A stretch of 64,000 nt of DNA from Mustelus asterias (GCF_964213995.1 NC_135815.1:8370001-8434000); one strand, 5' to 3'. Shown: positions 36,387 through 48,208, counted from the stretch's first letter. Made by a program: numbers and translations. The notes: generated from the sequence alone by a model not told the origin.

Positions 36387-36819
36387 CTGAGGAGAGGAAC
36401 GAGACACACAGATCAGCAGAGGCTTTGGGGAAACATCGTAAAGAAATGTCCTGACACAAAGGCAAGTCCGGAACTTTCTCTCTCTCATTAACCAGCTGCG
36501 GTGGGCGGGGGCGGCGGGGGGGGGGGGGGGGGGGGGGGGGGGAGGCAATTGAAACATTTCTGAACCAAACTCAACAAATTCTTTTTACAAATCGGGGCGA
36601 GGATATTTCAGGATGCGAAACCATGGCGGGTGACGGCAGATCAGCCATGATCTCCCTGACTGACGACAGAGTGGGCTTGAGGGGCTGAATGGCGTCTTGC
36701 TGTTGCTATGCCCCAGTCGCAACACCTCACTCACCGTCCTTAAACTATTGGTAATTTAATCCAGTAAGAGTTTTAACAACACCAGGTTAAAGTCCAACAG
36801 GTTTATTTGGTAGCAAATA

Positions 36820-36856
36820 CCATTAGCTTTCGGAGCGCTGCTCCTTCGTCAGATGG
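36820..36856 (-). ncRNA. Putative minimal type I hammerhead ribozyme
   Basis: CCAU-CUGACGA-A-GGAGC-AGC-GCUCC-GAAA-GC-UA-AUGG: stem I CCAU/AUGG, stem II GGAGC/GCUCC, palindromic AGCU in place of stem III. Confidence 0.55.
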
Positions 36857-36881
36857 AGTGGCAATCTGCTCCATTTCCACT

Positions 36882-36918
36882 CCATCTGACGAAGGAGCAG
36901 TGCTCTGAAAGCTAATTG
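36882..36918 (+). ncRNA. Second, slightly degenerate hammerhead motif on the opposite arm
   Basis: CCAU-CUGACGA-A-GGAGC-AGU-GCUCU-GAAA-GC-UA-AUUG; one G-U pair in stem II and one mismatch in stem I. Confidence 0.4.
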
Positions 36919-37619
36919 TATTTGCTACCAAATAAACCTGTTGGACTTTAACCTGGTGTTGTTAAAACTCTTACTGTGTTTTCCCCAGTCCAACGCCGGC
37001 ATCTCCATATCATGGTAATTTAATCCCCAGGGTAATGATGTCCACACTTACTGCCTGACTGGACTCACATCTCAGTTCCCGGGCGGGGTCTGTTCGAGGA
37101 CAGCCATTAGTGAGACTGTCTACAAATCCACCCCCCCGCCCCCAATTTACGATGACGAGGGACTTCCTTCTAAACTCCCAGAGACAGGGTCCTGGGAAAG
37201 AAACAACTCGCATTTAAACAGCGCCTGTCTCATCCACAGAGTGTGTCAAGGCAGATCACAACCAATGAATAATGTCTGAAGTGCATTCGCTGTTGCAATT
37301 TAGGCAATTCTGTACACAGCAATATCCCACAAACAGCAAATAAAAAGATGACCAGTTTGTTTTCCACAGTGTGCGTCAGGGGATAAATGTTGGTCAGGAC
37401 ACCAGGGGAATGCAACACTCCTCCTTCTATTACTGGCTAGTCCACGTCAAGACAGAGGCACAAATTCATGTGTTTAACCTCACATCTGAGTGGGAAGCAG
37501 TCATCGAGTTAGAGTGAGGGTAGCAACAGCCCAAAGTGTCAGGGTCTAAGTGAACAGAACAAACTAAAGTTCGGCGTTGACATTGGGGATGGGAAGTTGT
37601 GAGAGGGAGAGGGAGAGAT

Positions 37620-38293
37620 ACCCCGAGAGTAGAAAGAATGTTCCCAATGGTGGGGGAGTCCGAAACTAGGGGTCATAGTTTGAGGATAAGGACTAAACCT
37701 TTTGGAACTGAGGTGAGGAGAAATTTCTTCACCCAGAAGGCGGTGAATGTGTGAAAATCACTACCACAGAATGTAGCTGAGGCCAAAACGTTGTGTGATT
37801 TCTAGAAGAAATTAGATATAGCTCTTGGGGCAAAAGGGATCAAGGGATATGGGAGGTGGGGACAAATGGTGGGATCAGGGTCGTAGAGTCATAGAGGCTT
37901 ACAGCATGGAAACTGGCCCTTCGGCCCAACTTGTCTGTGTGGAGTTTGCACATTCTCCCCGTGTCTGCATGGGTTTCCTCTGGGTGCTCCGGTTTCCTCC
38001 CACACTCCAAAGGTGTGCGGGTTGGGTTGATTGGCCATGCTAAATTGACCCTTAGTGTCAGGGGATTAATAGGGTAAATATATGGGGTGACAGGAATAGG
38101 GCCTGGGTGGGATTCTGGTCAGTGCAGACTTGATGGGTCGAATGGCCTCCTTCTGCACTATAGGGATTCTATGATTGTCCATGAAGCCCAGCATTGAATT
38201 TGATGATCAGCGATGGTCAAAATGAATGGCGGAGCAGGCTCGAAGGGCTGAATGGCCTCCTCCTGCTCCTAGCTTCTATGCTTCTATGTTTCT
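37620..38293 (+). mobile_element. CR1 3' fragment hosting a nested LINE tail and SINE
   Basis: CR1 C-terminal coding remnant at 37620-37880; resumes around 38190 to a (CTTCTATG)n tail. Confidence 0.65.
37930..38173 (+). mobile_element. 5'-truncated V-SINE, tail A
   Basis: TSD/microhomology TTGTC; sits inside a - strand CR1 tail. Confidence 0.75.
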
Positions 38294-38510
38294 ATTGGCC
38301 ACCTCTGGAGGCTCCAGTGTGGGATCTCCCGTTTGAAGAATCCTTTTCCCCGGCTGTCCTTTACCCTGTGAGAGAGCGGTCAGAGGTTTTGCTCCATGTG
38401 AGACAGCCTGGATATTCCCGGTGAAATCATCATGGAATCTGGGGAGTTGTTAGTTCAATCCGACCCAAACCCATAGCGTCAGTTTAGGGATGTCTGGGAA
38501 TAGTCTTTAC

Positions 38511-38614
38511 CTGTGAACACTTCCTGAGATAATCGAGGGCGGGAAGGCACAAATCTGTGGAACTGGATCCCAAACCTGGAAAGCAATCGCCTATTTCTTT
38601 ACAATCCTCATCAC
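38511..38614 (-). CDS. ARFGEF3: ARFGEF3 exon
   Basis: (G)DEDCKEIGDCFPGLGSSSTDLCLPALDYLRKCSQ; phase 1 to 0. Confidence 0.88.
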
Positions 38615-38924
38615 CTTCAAAGGTTAAAGAGAAACCATTAACTTCAGGAATGCACGGTCATTCGAAACACATTTACTTTAAGCTTCTTTCCTCTCCCGCA
38701 GTTTTCCTGAAGGTGTTAACTCCCTTCCTGGGCCACCCAAGGCTGAACATTCAGAGAGGTGGGGGCCTCTATGGAGGCCTGGATCCAAAAACTCCTGCCC
38801 CCAAACACACCACCTGCCATAGTGGGCAGGGGAGTGGGGAATGGGGGTGGTTTAAGTTGCACATCCAGCGGTTCACAGAGGCAACAGCCGTGTTAAAGTG
38901 CAGCTACGTCCAGCTGATTGGATT

Positions 38925-39550
38925 TTCCATCCCACAGCTCAGGCCCACAGCCCCCAACCCCCACCTCCCCCAGAGCAGAGCTTGGGTCCACACATGTCAG
39001 CTGACCCTCCCCAAGCGCCCCCCCCTCCCCCCACGCCCGGCCTCCCCCACAGCTCAGGCCCACACATGTCCAGCTGACCCTCTCCGAACCCTGCCTCCCC
39101 CACAGCTCAGGCTCACACATGTCTAGCTGACCCTCTCCCAAACCCCCACCGCCCCTACCTCCCCCAGAGCTCCGGTCCACACATGTCTGGCTGACTCTCC
39201 CCCAGCCACCCCCCCCCCCGCCCCCCAACCCCCCCAGTCTCCCCCAGAGCTCGGGTCCACACATACCCAGCTGACCCTCCCCCCAAACTCCCACCACCGC
39301 CACCCCCCTCCACGCCCCGTCTCCCCAGAGCTCGGGCCTACACACGTCCAGCTGACCCTCCCCCCAACCGCTCCCCCCTCCCCACCCCCCCCGCCTTCCC
39401 CAGAGCTCCGGTCCACACATGTCTAGCTGACCCTCCCCCAAACACCCCCACCCCCCTGGCCTCCCCCAGAGCTCGGGTCCACACATACCCAGCTGACCCT
39501 CCCCCTAACCGCTCCCCCCTGCTCCCCCCCCCCCCCCAGAGCTCGGGCCC
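38925..39550. repeat. C-rich ~60-bp minisatellite with variable C tracts
   Basis: ccagagctcgggtccacacatgtctagctgaccctccccc, about 10 copies. Confidence 0.85.
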
Positions 39551-39784
39551 GCAAATGAAGCGACAAGTCAGCCAACTGGTAATGCCTCATCCTCAACAAG
39601 ATTTGGGACATTTCAAATCCCGATGATTATTGGGATTGGTTTACAATGAATGAATCAAAAATATGAATTTAGAAAACATACAGCAGAGAAACAGGCCATT
39701 CGGCCCGACCAACACATGCCAGTCTTTGTGTTCCACTTGGGACTCATCCCATCATTCCTCATCTAACGCTATTATAGAGTCAGA

Positions 39785-39897
39785 GGGCAGGATTTTCCCG
39801 CCACGCTCGCCCCAAAACCGGAAACAGGTCAATGGACCTTTGCATGATCCGTGTTCCGCCCAATTCCCGTGGTGGGTGGGACGAGAAAGTTACACCC
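39785..39897. mobile_element. MITE, same family as 27051
   Basis: gggcaggattttcccgccacgctcgcccc...gagaaagttacaccc. Confidence 0.5.
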
Positions 39898-40058
39898 ATA
39901 GAATTTTACACCAAAGAAAGAGGCCCTTTGGCCCATCAGGCCCGTGCCGGCCATCAACCACCAACCTATTCTAATCCCAGTTTTCAGAACTTGATCCGTG
40001 GCCGTGTATGCAATGGGGTTTCAGTGTTCATCTAACTGCTACGTAAATGCTGCGAGGG

Positions 40059-40386
40059 CGTCCTCATGTTCTCCTCATCCCCATCCGCCTCAGCAATGAA
40101 CTCAGCACATCCCGGTGACAGAAACCGCTCGGTGTGGCTCGGCTAACCCCACACTCAGGACACAAAGCCATTTCCGAAATGATATGCTAATGATATAGTT
40201 AAGATACACAGGTGCCGGGCCTTGTTTAACTACCTCGGGTACCTATAGAGAGAGACCGCTGGAAGGTAGCAGGGAGGAAGCAGGAATGCAGTATGTAATG
40301 CTGCATTCTGTAAATAAACCTAGTCTCAGGCAAACTATTCGTGTCCAGGTTCATACTTCACCAGATGGCTTGGGATTGGCTTAACA
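40059..40386 (+). mobile_element. Probable solo LTR
   Basis: Ends in TTAACA with AATAAA about 70 nt upstream; flanks GAGGG/GGGGG; removal restores the CR1-type gagggttcc seen at 46064. Starts CG rather than TG. Confidence 0.45.
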
Positions 40387-40654
40387 GGGGGTTCCAAGGA
40401 ATTGTACTGTATCCCCTCGACAATGAGCTGCCTCTTTCTCTTCCCCACCCCACCTGCAACACTCCTTTCTCTCTTGTGAAGACCCTGGGCTGTTTTGATA
40501 TGCGATAGGTTGAATGTTTAAGCTCTAACTATCAAGTATGTTTGGAATAGGCTTGGAGACAGCAAGGCTTTAATGGTGGTTTTTAAATTGGGTAGAGCTT
40601 AGAGGGGGTCGACATAGCAACGGTGTTTCTACCTGTGGAGGGAGCCCAAAACCA

Positions 40655-41036
40655 AAACCAGCCTCCCATCCATTGACTCTGTCTACACTTCCCGCTGCCT
40701 CGGAAAAGCAGCCAGCATAATTAAGAACCCCACGCACCCCGGACATTCTCTCTTCCAGCTTCTTCCGTCGGGAAAAAGATACAAAAGTCTGAGGTCACGT
40801 ACCAACTGACTCAAGAACAGCTTCTTCCCTGGCTGCTGTCCGACTTTTGAATGGACCTACCTCGCATTAAGTTGATCTTTCTCTACACCCTAGCTGTGAC
40901 TGTAACACTACATTCTGCACTCTCTCCTTTCCTTCTCTATGAACGGTATGCTTTGTCTATATAGCGTGCAAGAAACAATACTTTTCACTGTATACTGATA
41001 CATGTGACAATAATAAATCAAATCAAATCAAAATCA
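40655..41036 (+). mobile_element. Rex1/Babar-like LINE 3' fragment
   Basis: Near-identical to 47520-47893. Further copies on - at about 22705-22985, 58651-58998 and 62410-62590. Confidence 0.7.
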
Positions 41037-41328
41037 GGGGCCATAACTATAAGATTGTCAGTGACAAATCCAAGGAATAAGGGAGAAATATCTTCACTAG
41101 AGCAGAGCTGGAATATAGAACTTGTTGCCACAGGGAATGATGGAGGTGATTAGCTTAGATAGGCAATTGAGGGAGAAATGAGGGATAGAGGGGTAGGATA
41201 AGGTACAATAGAGGTGGAGGATCATAAGCACTAGCACAGAGCAGTTGGGCTGAATGGCCTTTCCCTGTCCTCTAGATTTTGAAATCATTATAGAACAAGG
41301 TTTCAATGTGATGTGAGAGCAAGCTTAC

Positions 41329-41451
41329 CCAAACCCTTGACAAACTTCATAAGGCACATTATGTAGTCAGTGGCTGCATTGGCAAACACTTGGATGTTAT
41401 CCGTGTTGAGGAATGCCTCAAAGACGTCAAAGACCGGAGCCTGGGATTTTC
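41329..41451 (-). CDS. ARFGEF3: ARFGEF3 exon
   Basis: (G)KSQAPVFDVFEAFLNTDNIQVFANAATDYIMCLMKFVKGL; phase 1 to 1. Confidence 0.9.
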
Positions 41452-41809
41452 CTGCCGACAGAATGAAGTGACTGATCACATAACAGTAAATGTCATCTGT
41501 CTACAACCAATCAATCAACCAAACCCCATCATAACCAAACATGGGGCACCTTACAATCTTTTTCCGGTTCATTGCATCGCTGGTTGGCCAGCGTTTGTTG
41601 CCCATCTCTAATTGCCCTTGATCTGAGTGGCTGGATCGGCCATTTCAGAGTCAACCACATTGCTGTGGCTCTGGAGTCACATGTAGGCCAGACCGGGTAA
41701 GGATTGCAGATTTCCTCCCATTGGTGAACTAGTTAGACTTTTACAATAATCAAAGATAGTTGCCATCGTCACCATTACTGACATTGTTTTCATTCTAAAT
41801 TTATTTAAT

Positions 41810-42152
41810 TCATAGAATCCCTGCAGTGTAGAAGGCCATTTGGCCCATCGAATCTGCACCAACTCTCAACATAGCATCTTACCCAGGCCCACGCACTGCC
41901 CTTTCCCTGTAACCCCTTGTATATACCCCACTAATCCACCTAACCTACACATCTTGGGACACTAAGGTATGATTTAGCATGGCCAATCTACATAATCTTT
42001 GGACTGTGGGAGGAAACTGGAGCACCCGGAGGAAACCCACACAGACACGGGGAGAACGTGCAGATTCCTCACAGACAGTGCTCCAAGGCAGGAATCGAAC
42101 CCGGGTTCCTGGCACTGTGAGGCAGCAGTGCTAACCACTGTGCCACCGTGCC
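41810..42152 (-). mobile_element. V-SINE, tail A
   Basis: Reverse copy. Confidence 0.8.
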
Positions 42153-42354
42153 GGCCTCATCTGCCCCTACCTAATCTTGCACATCTACAGAGATCTCAGA
42201 GGGTTGTGGGGCTGCTGGAGGTTACAGAGATAGGGAGGGGGTGAGACCATGGACGGGGACCTGAAAACCAGGATGATAATTTTCAAATTAAACCACTGCT
42301 CAACCAGGAACCAGTGTGGGCACCGGGATGAGGGTGGAATCGACTGGAAGTGAG

Positions 42355-42695
42355 GGTTGAATGGGACGAGGGGCAAGGGTTGTTTGGGACTGGGGATGAG
42401 GATGGAATGGGACGAGGGGCAAGGGTTGTTTGGGACGAGGGGCGAGGGTTGTTTGGGACGAGGGGCGAGGGTTGTTTGGGACTGGGGTGAGGATGGAATG
42501 GGACGAGGGTGAATGGGACGAGGGGCGAGGGTTGTTTGGGACGAGGGGCAAGGGTTGTTTGGGACGAGGGGCGAGGGTTGTTTGGGACTGGGGTGAGGAT
42601 GGAATGGGACGAGGGGCGTGGGTTGTTTGGGACTGGGGTGAGGATGGAATGGGACGAGGGTTAATGGGACGAGGGGCGAGGGTTGTTTGGGATGG
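42355..42695. repeat. G-rich compound minisatellite
   Basis: gggacgaggggcgagggttgttt mixed with gggactggggtgaggatggaat. Confidence 0.85.
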
Positions 42696-43357
42696 GAGGT
42701 GAGGAAGGACACAGGCAGCAGCGTTTAGAATCACCTCAATTTTCCCGAGGGTGGAATGTGGGGCAGGCTGGAGAGCGCTGGAATCGTCAATTCCAGAGGG
42801 AACAGGAGTCTCAATGAGGGCTGCAGCGGGGAGGTATTGGTACGGAGGTGGAAATAGACACAGATACGTGGTTGGAAGTTCATCTTGAGATTAAATAAGG
42901 TTCTAAGGTTGCAAAAGGTCTGGGTTCAGCCTCAGACAGTAACCAGGGGGAGGAATATAGCCGGTGATGAGGGAACGGAGTTTGTGATGGGCCCAGAGTC
43001 TTGATGGGTGTGGAATAACAACATTGTGGTGTAAGCATTGTTCTGACACCAGTGATAATTACTGGGGGGTTTGTGAAGCAAGGAGCTGCTGTCTGAGATG
43101 TGGGCTATTTAACGGGAAAATAGCAACTAAAGGGTTTATAATAACGGGGTGAGTGGTCTAACTGAAATTGAGTGATAATAGTGAGCCACACAACAGGACG
43201 TTTAAATACATAACAGCGATTATTAAATGTTTTTCATATAAACGAACAGTTTTTACCATTGGCGTGAGCTCTGATACAATGAGAGAGTGTTGTGCAAATG
43301 ACCAATCGTAAGGGACAATTGGTGTCGGGTGCAGAGAAGCTCCATTACTTTACTCAC

Positions 43358-43499
43358 CCATAGAATAGTCACCAATCAGATAGTCCTTCACGTCAGCCTT
43401 GTTACTGTGCACGGTCTTCAATGCACTGAAGAGTGGTCGCCAACCAGACTGGATTTGTGGTGAACAAGCTTCCACCAACTCTCCGATCGATGTGATCAC
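43358..43499 (-). CDS. ARFGEF3: ARFGEF3 exon
   Basis: VITSIGELVEACSPQIQSGWRPLFSALKTVHSNKADVKDYLIGDYSM; contains the IQSGW motif of large ArfGEF HDS domains; phase 0 to 1. Confidence 0.9.
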
Positions 43500-43569
43500 C
43501 TACACGGGACACGGGACAGTAACTTCCAACATTCACTCGCACGGTCCGTTACTGCAGCCTCTCCACAAC

Positions 43570-43782
43570 TCACCTCACCACCCTCCCCCCCACCCCCCTC
43601 ACCACCACCCTCCCCCCCACCCCCCTCACCACCCCCCACCCCCACCACCCTCCCCCACCCACCCCCCCCACCCACCCCCACCCCCCCAACCCCACCCACC
43701 CACCCACCCCCACCCTCCCCCCCCACCCACCCCCACCCCCACGCCTCACCCTCCCCACCCCAACCCCCCCCCCCCCCCCCCA
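43570..43782. repeat. C/A-rich low-complexity tract
   Basis: Runs of cccccca; G-tracts on the ARFGEF3 sense strand. Confidence 0.8.
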
Positions 43783-44485
43783 CTTTCTGCACCCTCCAAA
43801 CATTAAAATCCATTGGAGCAGGAGGAGGCCATTCAGCCTCTCGAGCCCGTTCTGTCATTCAGACAGATCTTCACTCCATCTACCCGCCTCCACTCAGCCT
43901 TAGCCAATAGAAATCCAGCAATCTCAGTTTGGACATGTGCAGTTGACCTCACTGTGACCCTGCCAGAGGCAATCACCATGTGCTTAGAGTCAGACAGTAC
44001 AGAAGAGGCCCTTTGGCCCATCGAGTCTGCACTAACATCAAATCTACACCAATCCCATTTTCCAGCGCTTGGCCCATAGCCTTGAATGTTTTGACATTTC
44101 AAGTGCTCTTCCAGGTACTTTTTAACGGTTCTGAGGTTTCCCGCCTCTCCCACCCTCCCAGGCAGTGCGTTCCGGACTCCCACCGCCCTCTGGATGAAAA
44201 GCTTTTATTTCAAATTCCCTTTAAACTTCCTGCCCCTCACTTTAAAATTATGTCCCTCGTTGACCCTTAGTTGACCCTTCAACTAAGGGAAACAGCTGCC
44301 TCCTATCCCGCATGATGTGGGGATCCCCATCACAGGTTAAACACCAACAGGGACAGGTCATGGTCGATGCAGACTTGATGGGCTGAATGGCCACCTTCTG
44401 CACTGTAGGATTCTCTGATTCTATGACTAAGTGCCCATTAATTGGCCATTTACGGCCTCCAGTAGGCTGTGTGACTAGAACTGAC

Positions 44486-44845
44486 TAGAGTCATAGAATC
44501 CCTACAAGTCCAGAAGGTGGCCATTCAGCCCATCAAATCTGCACTGGTTCTCTGACAGAGTATCTTACCCAGGCTGTCTTCCCCACCCTATCCCCGTAAC
44601 CCCGCACATTCACCCTGACTAATATATCTAACCTACTCATTTTGGGACACTAAGGGGCATTTTAGCATGGCCAATCCACCCAACCTGCAAACGTTGGGAC
44701 TGTGGGAGGAAACCGGAGCACCCCCGGAGGAAACCCACGCAGACACGGGGAGAATGTGCAGGCTCCACACAGAGAGTGTGGAGTCGAACCCGGGTCCCTG
44801 GCGCTGTGAGGCAGCAGTGCCAACCACTGTGCCGCCGTGCCGCCC
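44486..44845 (-). mobile_element. V-SINE, tail A, starting about 8 nt after an ARFGEF3 donor site
   Basis: Reverse copy adjacent to exon 44854-45033. Confidence 0.8.
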
Positions 44846-44853
44846 ACATCTAC

Positions 44854-45033
44854 CTGATCTTGCACATCCTCATCGCACAGCTCCAACTGCATGATGTGCT
44901 CAAATGGTCGGAAAAGGGCTTCGTTGAAGTGAAAATACGGCAGCTCATTCCAGTCTGTCAGAACCTCGGTCAGAATGTCATGGATGAAGGAAACCGCTTT
45001 CTGGGAAACGTGCCGCTCCTTGTGACAGGCTGC
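44854..45033 (-). CDS. ARFGEF3: ARFGEF3 exon
   Basis: AACHKERHVSQKAVSFIHDILTEVLTDWNELPYFHFNEALFRPFEHIMQLELCDEDVQDQ; phase 0 to 0. Confidence 0.92.
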
Positions 45034-45467
45034 CTGCGGAAAAATAAAAATAAAGATAAAAATACCCATTGAGCAGCAATAACCGAGGAAAAACAAACAG
45101 GGAGAAAAGCACATTATTAAAAAATATCCACATCAGGCAGTGCAGCAATGCGTCTTGTCTCACAGCAGTGTAGTTTACAGTGTAGTTACTGTCGTTACAA
45201 AGGGAACACAGCAGCCAATTAGCTGTGTTAATGACCCGATCGGCTGTTTCCATGGTGATATTAGATGAGGGAAACAGTCACTGGGGAGAATTCTCCTGCT
45301 CGCCTTTGAAGTAAGTCCACCTGAGGGGCAGAGGGTTTAATATCTCACCCGAGAGGTGGCGTCTCCAACAGTTCAGCACTCCCTCAGTGGGTGGGCAATG
45401 AGTGCCAGCCATGCCAGCGTTGCCCACTTGCGATGGTGGCAATAACCAAGTGGGATTGAGCGCTTAC

Positions 45468-45613
45468 CTCCGCTAAGTGAGGGCCCACCACACTCCAGGT
45501 CTTCATCAGGTGCAAGAGGGGACAAGCTCTGCTGCGTACAATTCGCAGCATGACATCGCCGAGGCGGAAGAGGTGCAGGGCGCTCCGTCGATCGTGCGTG
45601 GATCGGGCCTCGC
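45468..45613 (-). CDS. ARFGEF3: ARFGEF3 exon
   Basis: (G)EARSTHDRRSALHLFRLGDVMLRIVRSRACPLLHLMKTWSVVGPHLAE; phase 1 to 0. Confidence 0.9.
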
Positions 45614-45914
45614 CTGCCAATCAAAGCAGGAAGGATTAAAAACCCATCGAACTGTTGTTATCGACGTCACAGATATCATCCTGCGTGACCGGGTCAAAGG
45701 TAAACTCTCCCTCCTTATCCTTCCCGACCTCTCTGTAACCTTTGACGCGCACCGTCATCCTCCAGTGCTGGGTGGGACTGCTCTCACCCAGTTCCATTCT
45801 TATCTATCTGACTGTAGCCAGGGAATCACTTACAATGGCTTCTCTTCCTCCTCCCGCACCATTACCTCCGGCAACCCTCAAGGATCAATCCTTGGCTCTT
45901 CTAATTGGCCATCT

Positions 45915-46390
45915 ACATGCACAAGAAGAGGCCTTTCGGCCCATTATGCCTGTGCCAGCCATCAAGCACCTATCTATTCTAATCCTATCTTCCAGCACTT
46001 GGTTCATGGCCTTGAAGCCTATGGCGTTTCAAGTGTTCATCTAAATGCTTCTTCAATGTAGTGAGGGTTCCCGCCTCTCCCACCCTTTCAGGCAGCGAGT
46101 TCCACACTCCCACCACCCTCTGGCGGAAAAAGTTCTCCCTCACATCCCCTCTAAATCTCCTGTGCATTACCTTATGCCCCCTGGTTATTGACCCCTCTAC
46201 TAAGGGGAAAAGTTTCTTCCTATCTACCCTATGTCCCTCACAATTTTGTACACCTCAATCAGCACCCCCCCCCCCCCTCAGCCTTCTTTACTCTAAGGCA
46301 AACAATCCCAGCCTCACCATTCTCTCTTCATAGCTGAAACGCTCCAGCCCAGGCAACTTCCTGGTGAATCTCCTCTGCCCCCTCTCCATT
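45915..46390 (-). mobile_element. CR1 3' fragment
   Basis: RFRGDVRENFFRQRVVGVWNSLPERV on -. Confidence 0.7.
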
Positions 46391-46666
46391 AAATACCACC
46401 CCTTACATCTGGTTCTGTTGTAGACTCAGCAATCGGGTTCGAATCTCTGTGATCGGTCAACAACTCCATTATTGCGTGACGACCCAGATAGAAGATGACC
46501 TCTGAACTTTGGCCTTTTTTACACTTAGCGATTCCCACAGAGCTGACGAGGGCCGGCGCTGAGACTTTCCCCAAAAACCGCGCTGGACCCCCGAATAACA
46601 TCGGGGTCACCCAGCTGCCTGACTGTAGGGAACATCAGGCGGGTGAGCAGAGCTGGTGCATGTTAC

Positions 46667-46800
46667 CTGGCATCGCGAGCGAGTAATCCACCGTCTCAGT
46701 AATGGAGTCAAAGAGTTGGGCCTGAGAGGCTTTACGTAGCTGATTGAGAAATCCCACCAGAGCGTTCAGATTCAACTTAACTGCTGCATCTTCAAATAAC
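46667..46800 (-). CDS. ARFGEF3: ARFGEF3 exon
   Basis: LFEDAAVKLNLNALVGFLNQLRKASQAQLFDSITETVDYSLAMP; phase 2 to 1. Confidence 0.9.
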
Positions 46801-47019
46801 CTGCGGGAGAGGGGGAACGGGGGAATGGAGGAACGGGGGAACGGAGGAGAGGGAGGAAGAAACAAGGGAGAAGAAAAGGATGAAAGAGAACAAATGAGCT
46901 TTCCTCACAGAAATTTTCTGAAGGATATTTATTTATTTATGTTATATTTACCTCATTTATTATATTTACCTCAACTCTATCTGGTACACAAGGCCTACAG
47001 TTTTAGGCTCCTTACTTAC

Positions 47020-47322
47020 TTGTCAGCCATTGTGGAGAGGGTACAGACAGCCCTCGCTGCGCTGCTCCCATCCAACACGCCTCCACCTCGGAAGTCGAAC
47101 GCCTTCCCCTTGCAGTTCTCCTTGATCAGCTCCTGTATGGTGACGGACTGAATGACGGGGTTGCCGATGTGTGTGTCCAGCTCAGCGCTCAGGTTCCTGG
47201 TGGGGTTGAGAGCAAGGCCCGCAGACTGCAGCGAGCCTGAGGCCTGCGTGATGGTGATAGGTGGCTGCGAGCCTCCGTCGCTGAAGTGGCTGTGTTCCAG
47301 GGTGCTGATGTATTCACACACT
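47020..47322 (-). CDS. ARFGEF3: ARFGEF3 exon
   Basis: VCEYISTLEHSHFSDGGSQPP...AARAVCTLSTMAD(K); phase 2 to 2. Confidence 0.9.
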
Positions 47323-47419
47323 CTGTGGAGAGACAGGAACCACTTTAACCCATTCCCCGTTACTTAATCACACCACCCAAACTTCTTATTTTACAGCTGC
47401 CTCGGATCAGATTTGGATA

Positions 47420-47893
47420 CCGATCTCTCTGGATGTATCACAGCTTGGTATGGTTCCTGCTCTGCCGAAGAACGCATGAAACTACAAAGGGTCGTGAATG
47501 TAGCCCAATCCATCACGCAAACCAGTTCCCATCCATTGACTCTGTCTACTCTTCCCGCTGCCTCGGAAAAGCAGCAGCATAATTAAGGACCCCACGCACC
47601 CCGAACATTCTCTCTTCCACCTTCTTCCATCAGGAAAAAGACACAAAAGTCTGAGGTCACGTACCGACCGACTCAAGAACAGCTTCTTCCCTCCTGCCAT
47701 CAGACTTTTGAATGAACCTACCTCGCATTAAGTTGATCTTTCTCTACACCCTAGCTATGACTGTAACACTACATTCTGCACTCTCTCCTTTCCTTCTCTA
47801 TGAATGGTATGTTTTGTCTGTATAGCGCAGAAGAAACAATACTTTTCACTGCATGTTAATACATGTGACAATAATAAATCAAATCAAATCAAA
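47420..47893 (+). mobile_element. Rex1/Babar-like LINE 3' fragment
   Basis: LSGCITAWYGSCSAEERMKLQRVVNVAQSIT; (TCAAA)n tail. Confidence 0.7.
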
Positions 47894-48088
47894 AATCATT
47901 GTTTTTTTTTATTTGAAGGCAATCCCTAATTCCCGAGAAATGAGTGATTGGCTCGGCCGTTCCAGAGGGCAGTCACAAGTAAGGGCGGCAGATTTGCTTT
48001 CCTGAAGGACGTTAGTGATCCAGAAAGGTTTCCATGACAATCAGTGAGAATTCCAATGCCGCCATTTCTGAGACCAGCTTTCAATTAC

Positions 48089-48208
48089 AGGAACGGGATT
48101 TTCCAGCCTCATTCACCCCCGAAACCGGAAAATCCCACCCGAGGTCAACGGACGTTTCCATGGTCCCGCCCCTCGCCCGTGGCGGGTGGAACAGGAAAAT
48201 CCGTCCCC
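48089..48208. mobile_element. MITE, same family as 27051
   Basis: ggaacgggattttcc...ggaaaatccgtccc. Confidence 0.5.

Larger units (their letters stand above)
36763..37012. mobile_element. Fold-back Penelope-like non-autonomous element, family A
   Basis: 100-bp inverted arms (36762-36861 and 36877-36976) plus an unpaired extension; 14-bp TSD TGGTAATTTAATCC. Confidence 0.75.

Noticed and set aside
36516-36542. Long poly-G run
   Set aside because: Simple homopolymer of uncertain length; no evidence of function.
38925-39550. Repeat-spacer pattern resembling a CRISPR array
   Set aside because: Spacers are low-complexity C tracts related to each other, the context is a vertebrate intron, and there are no cas genes.
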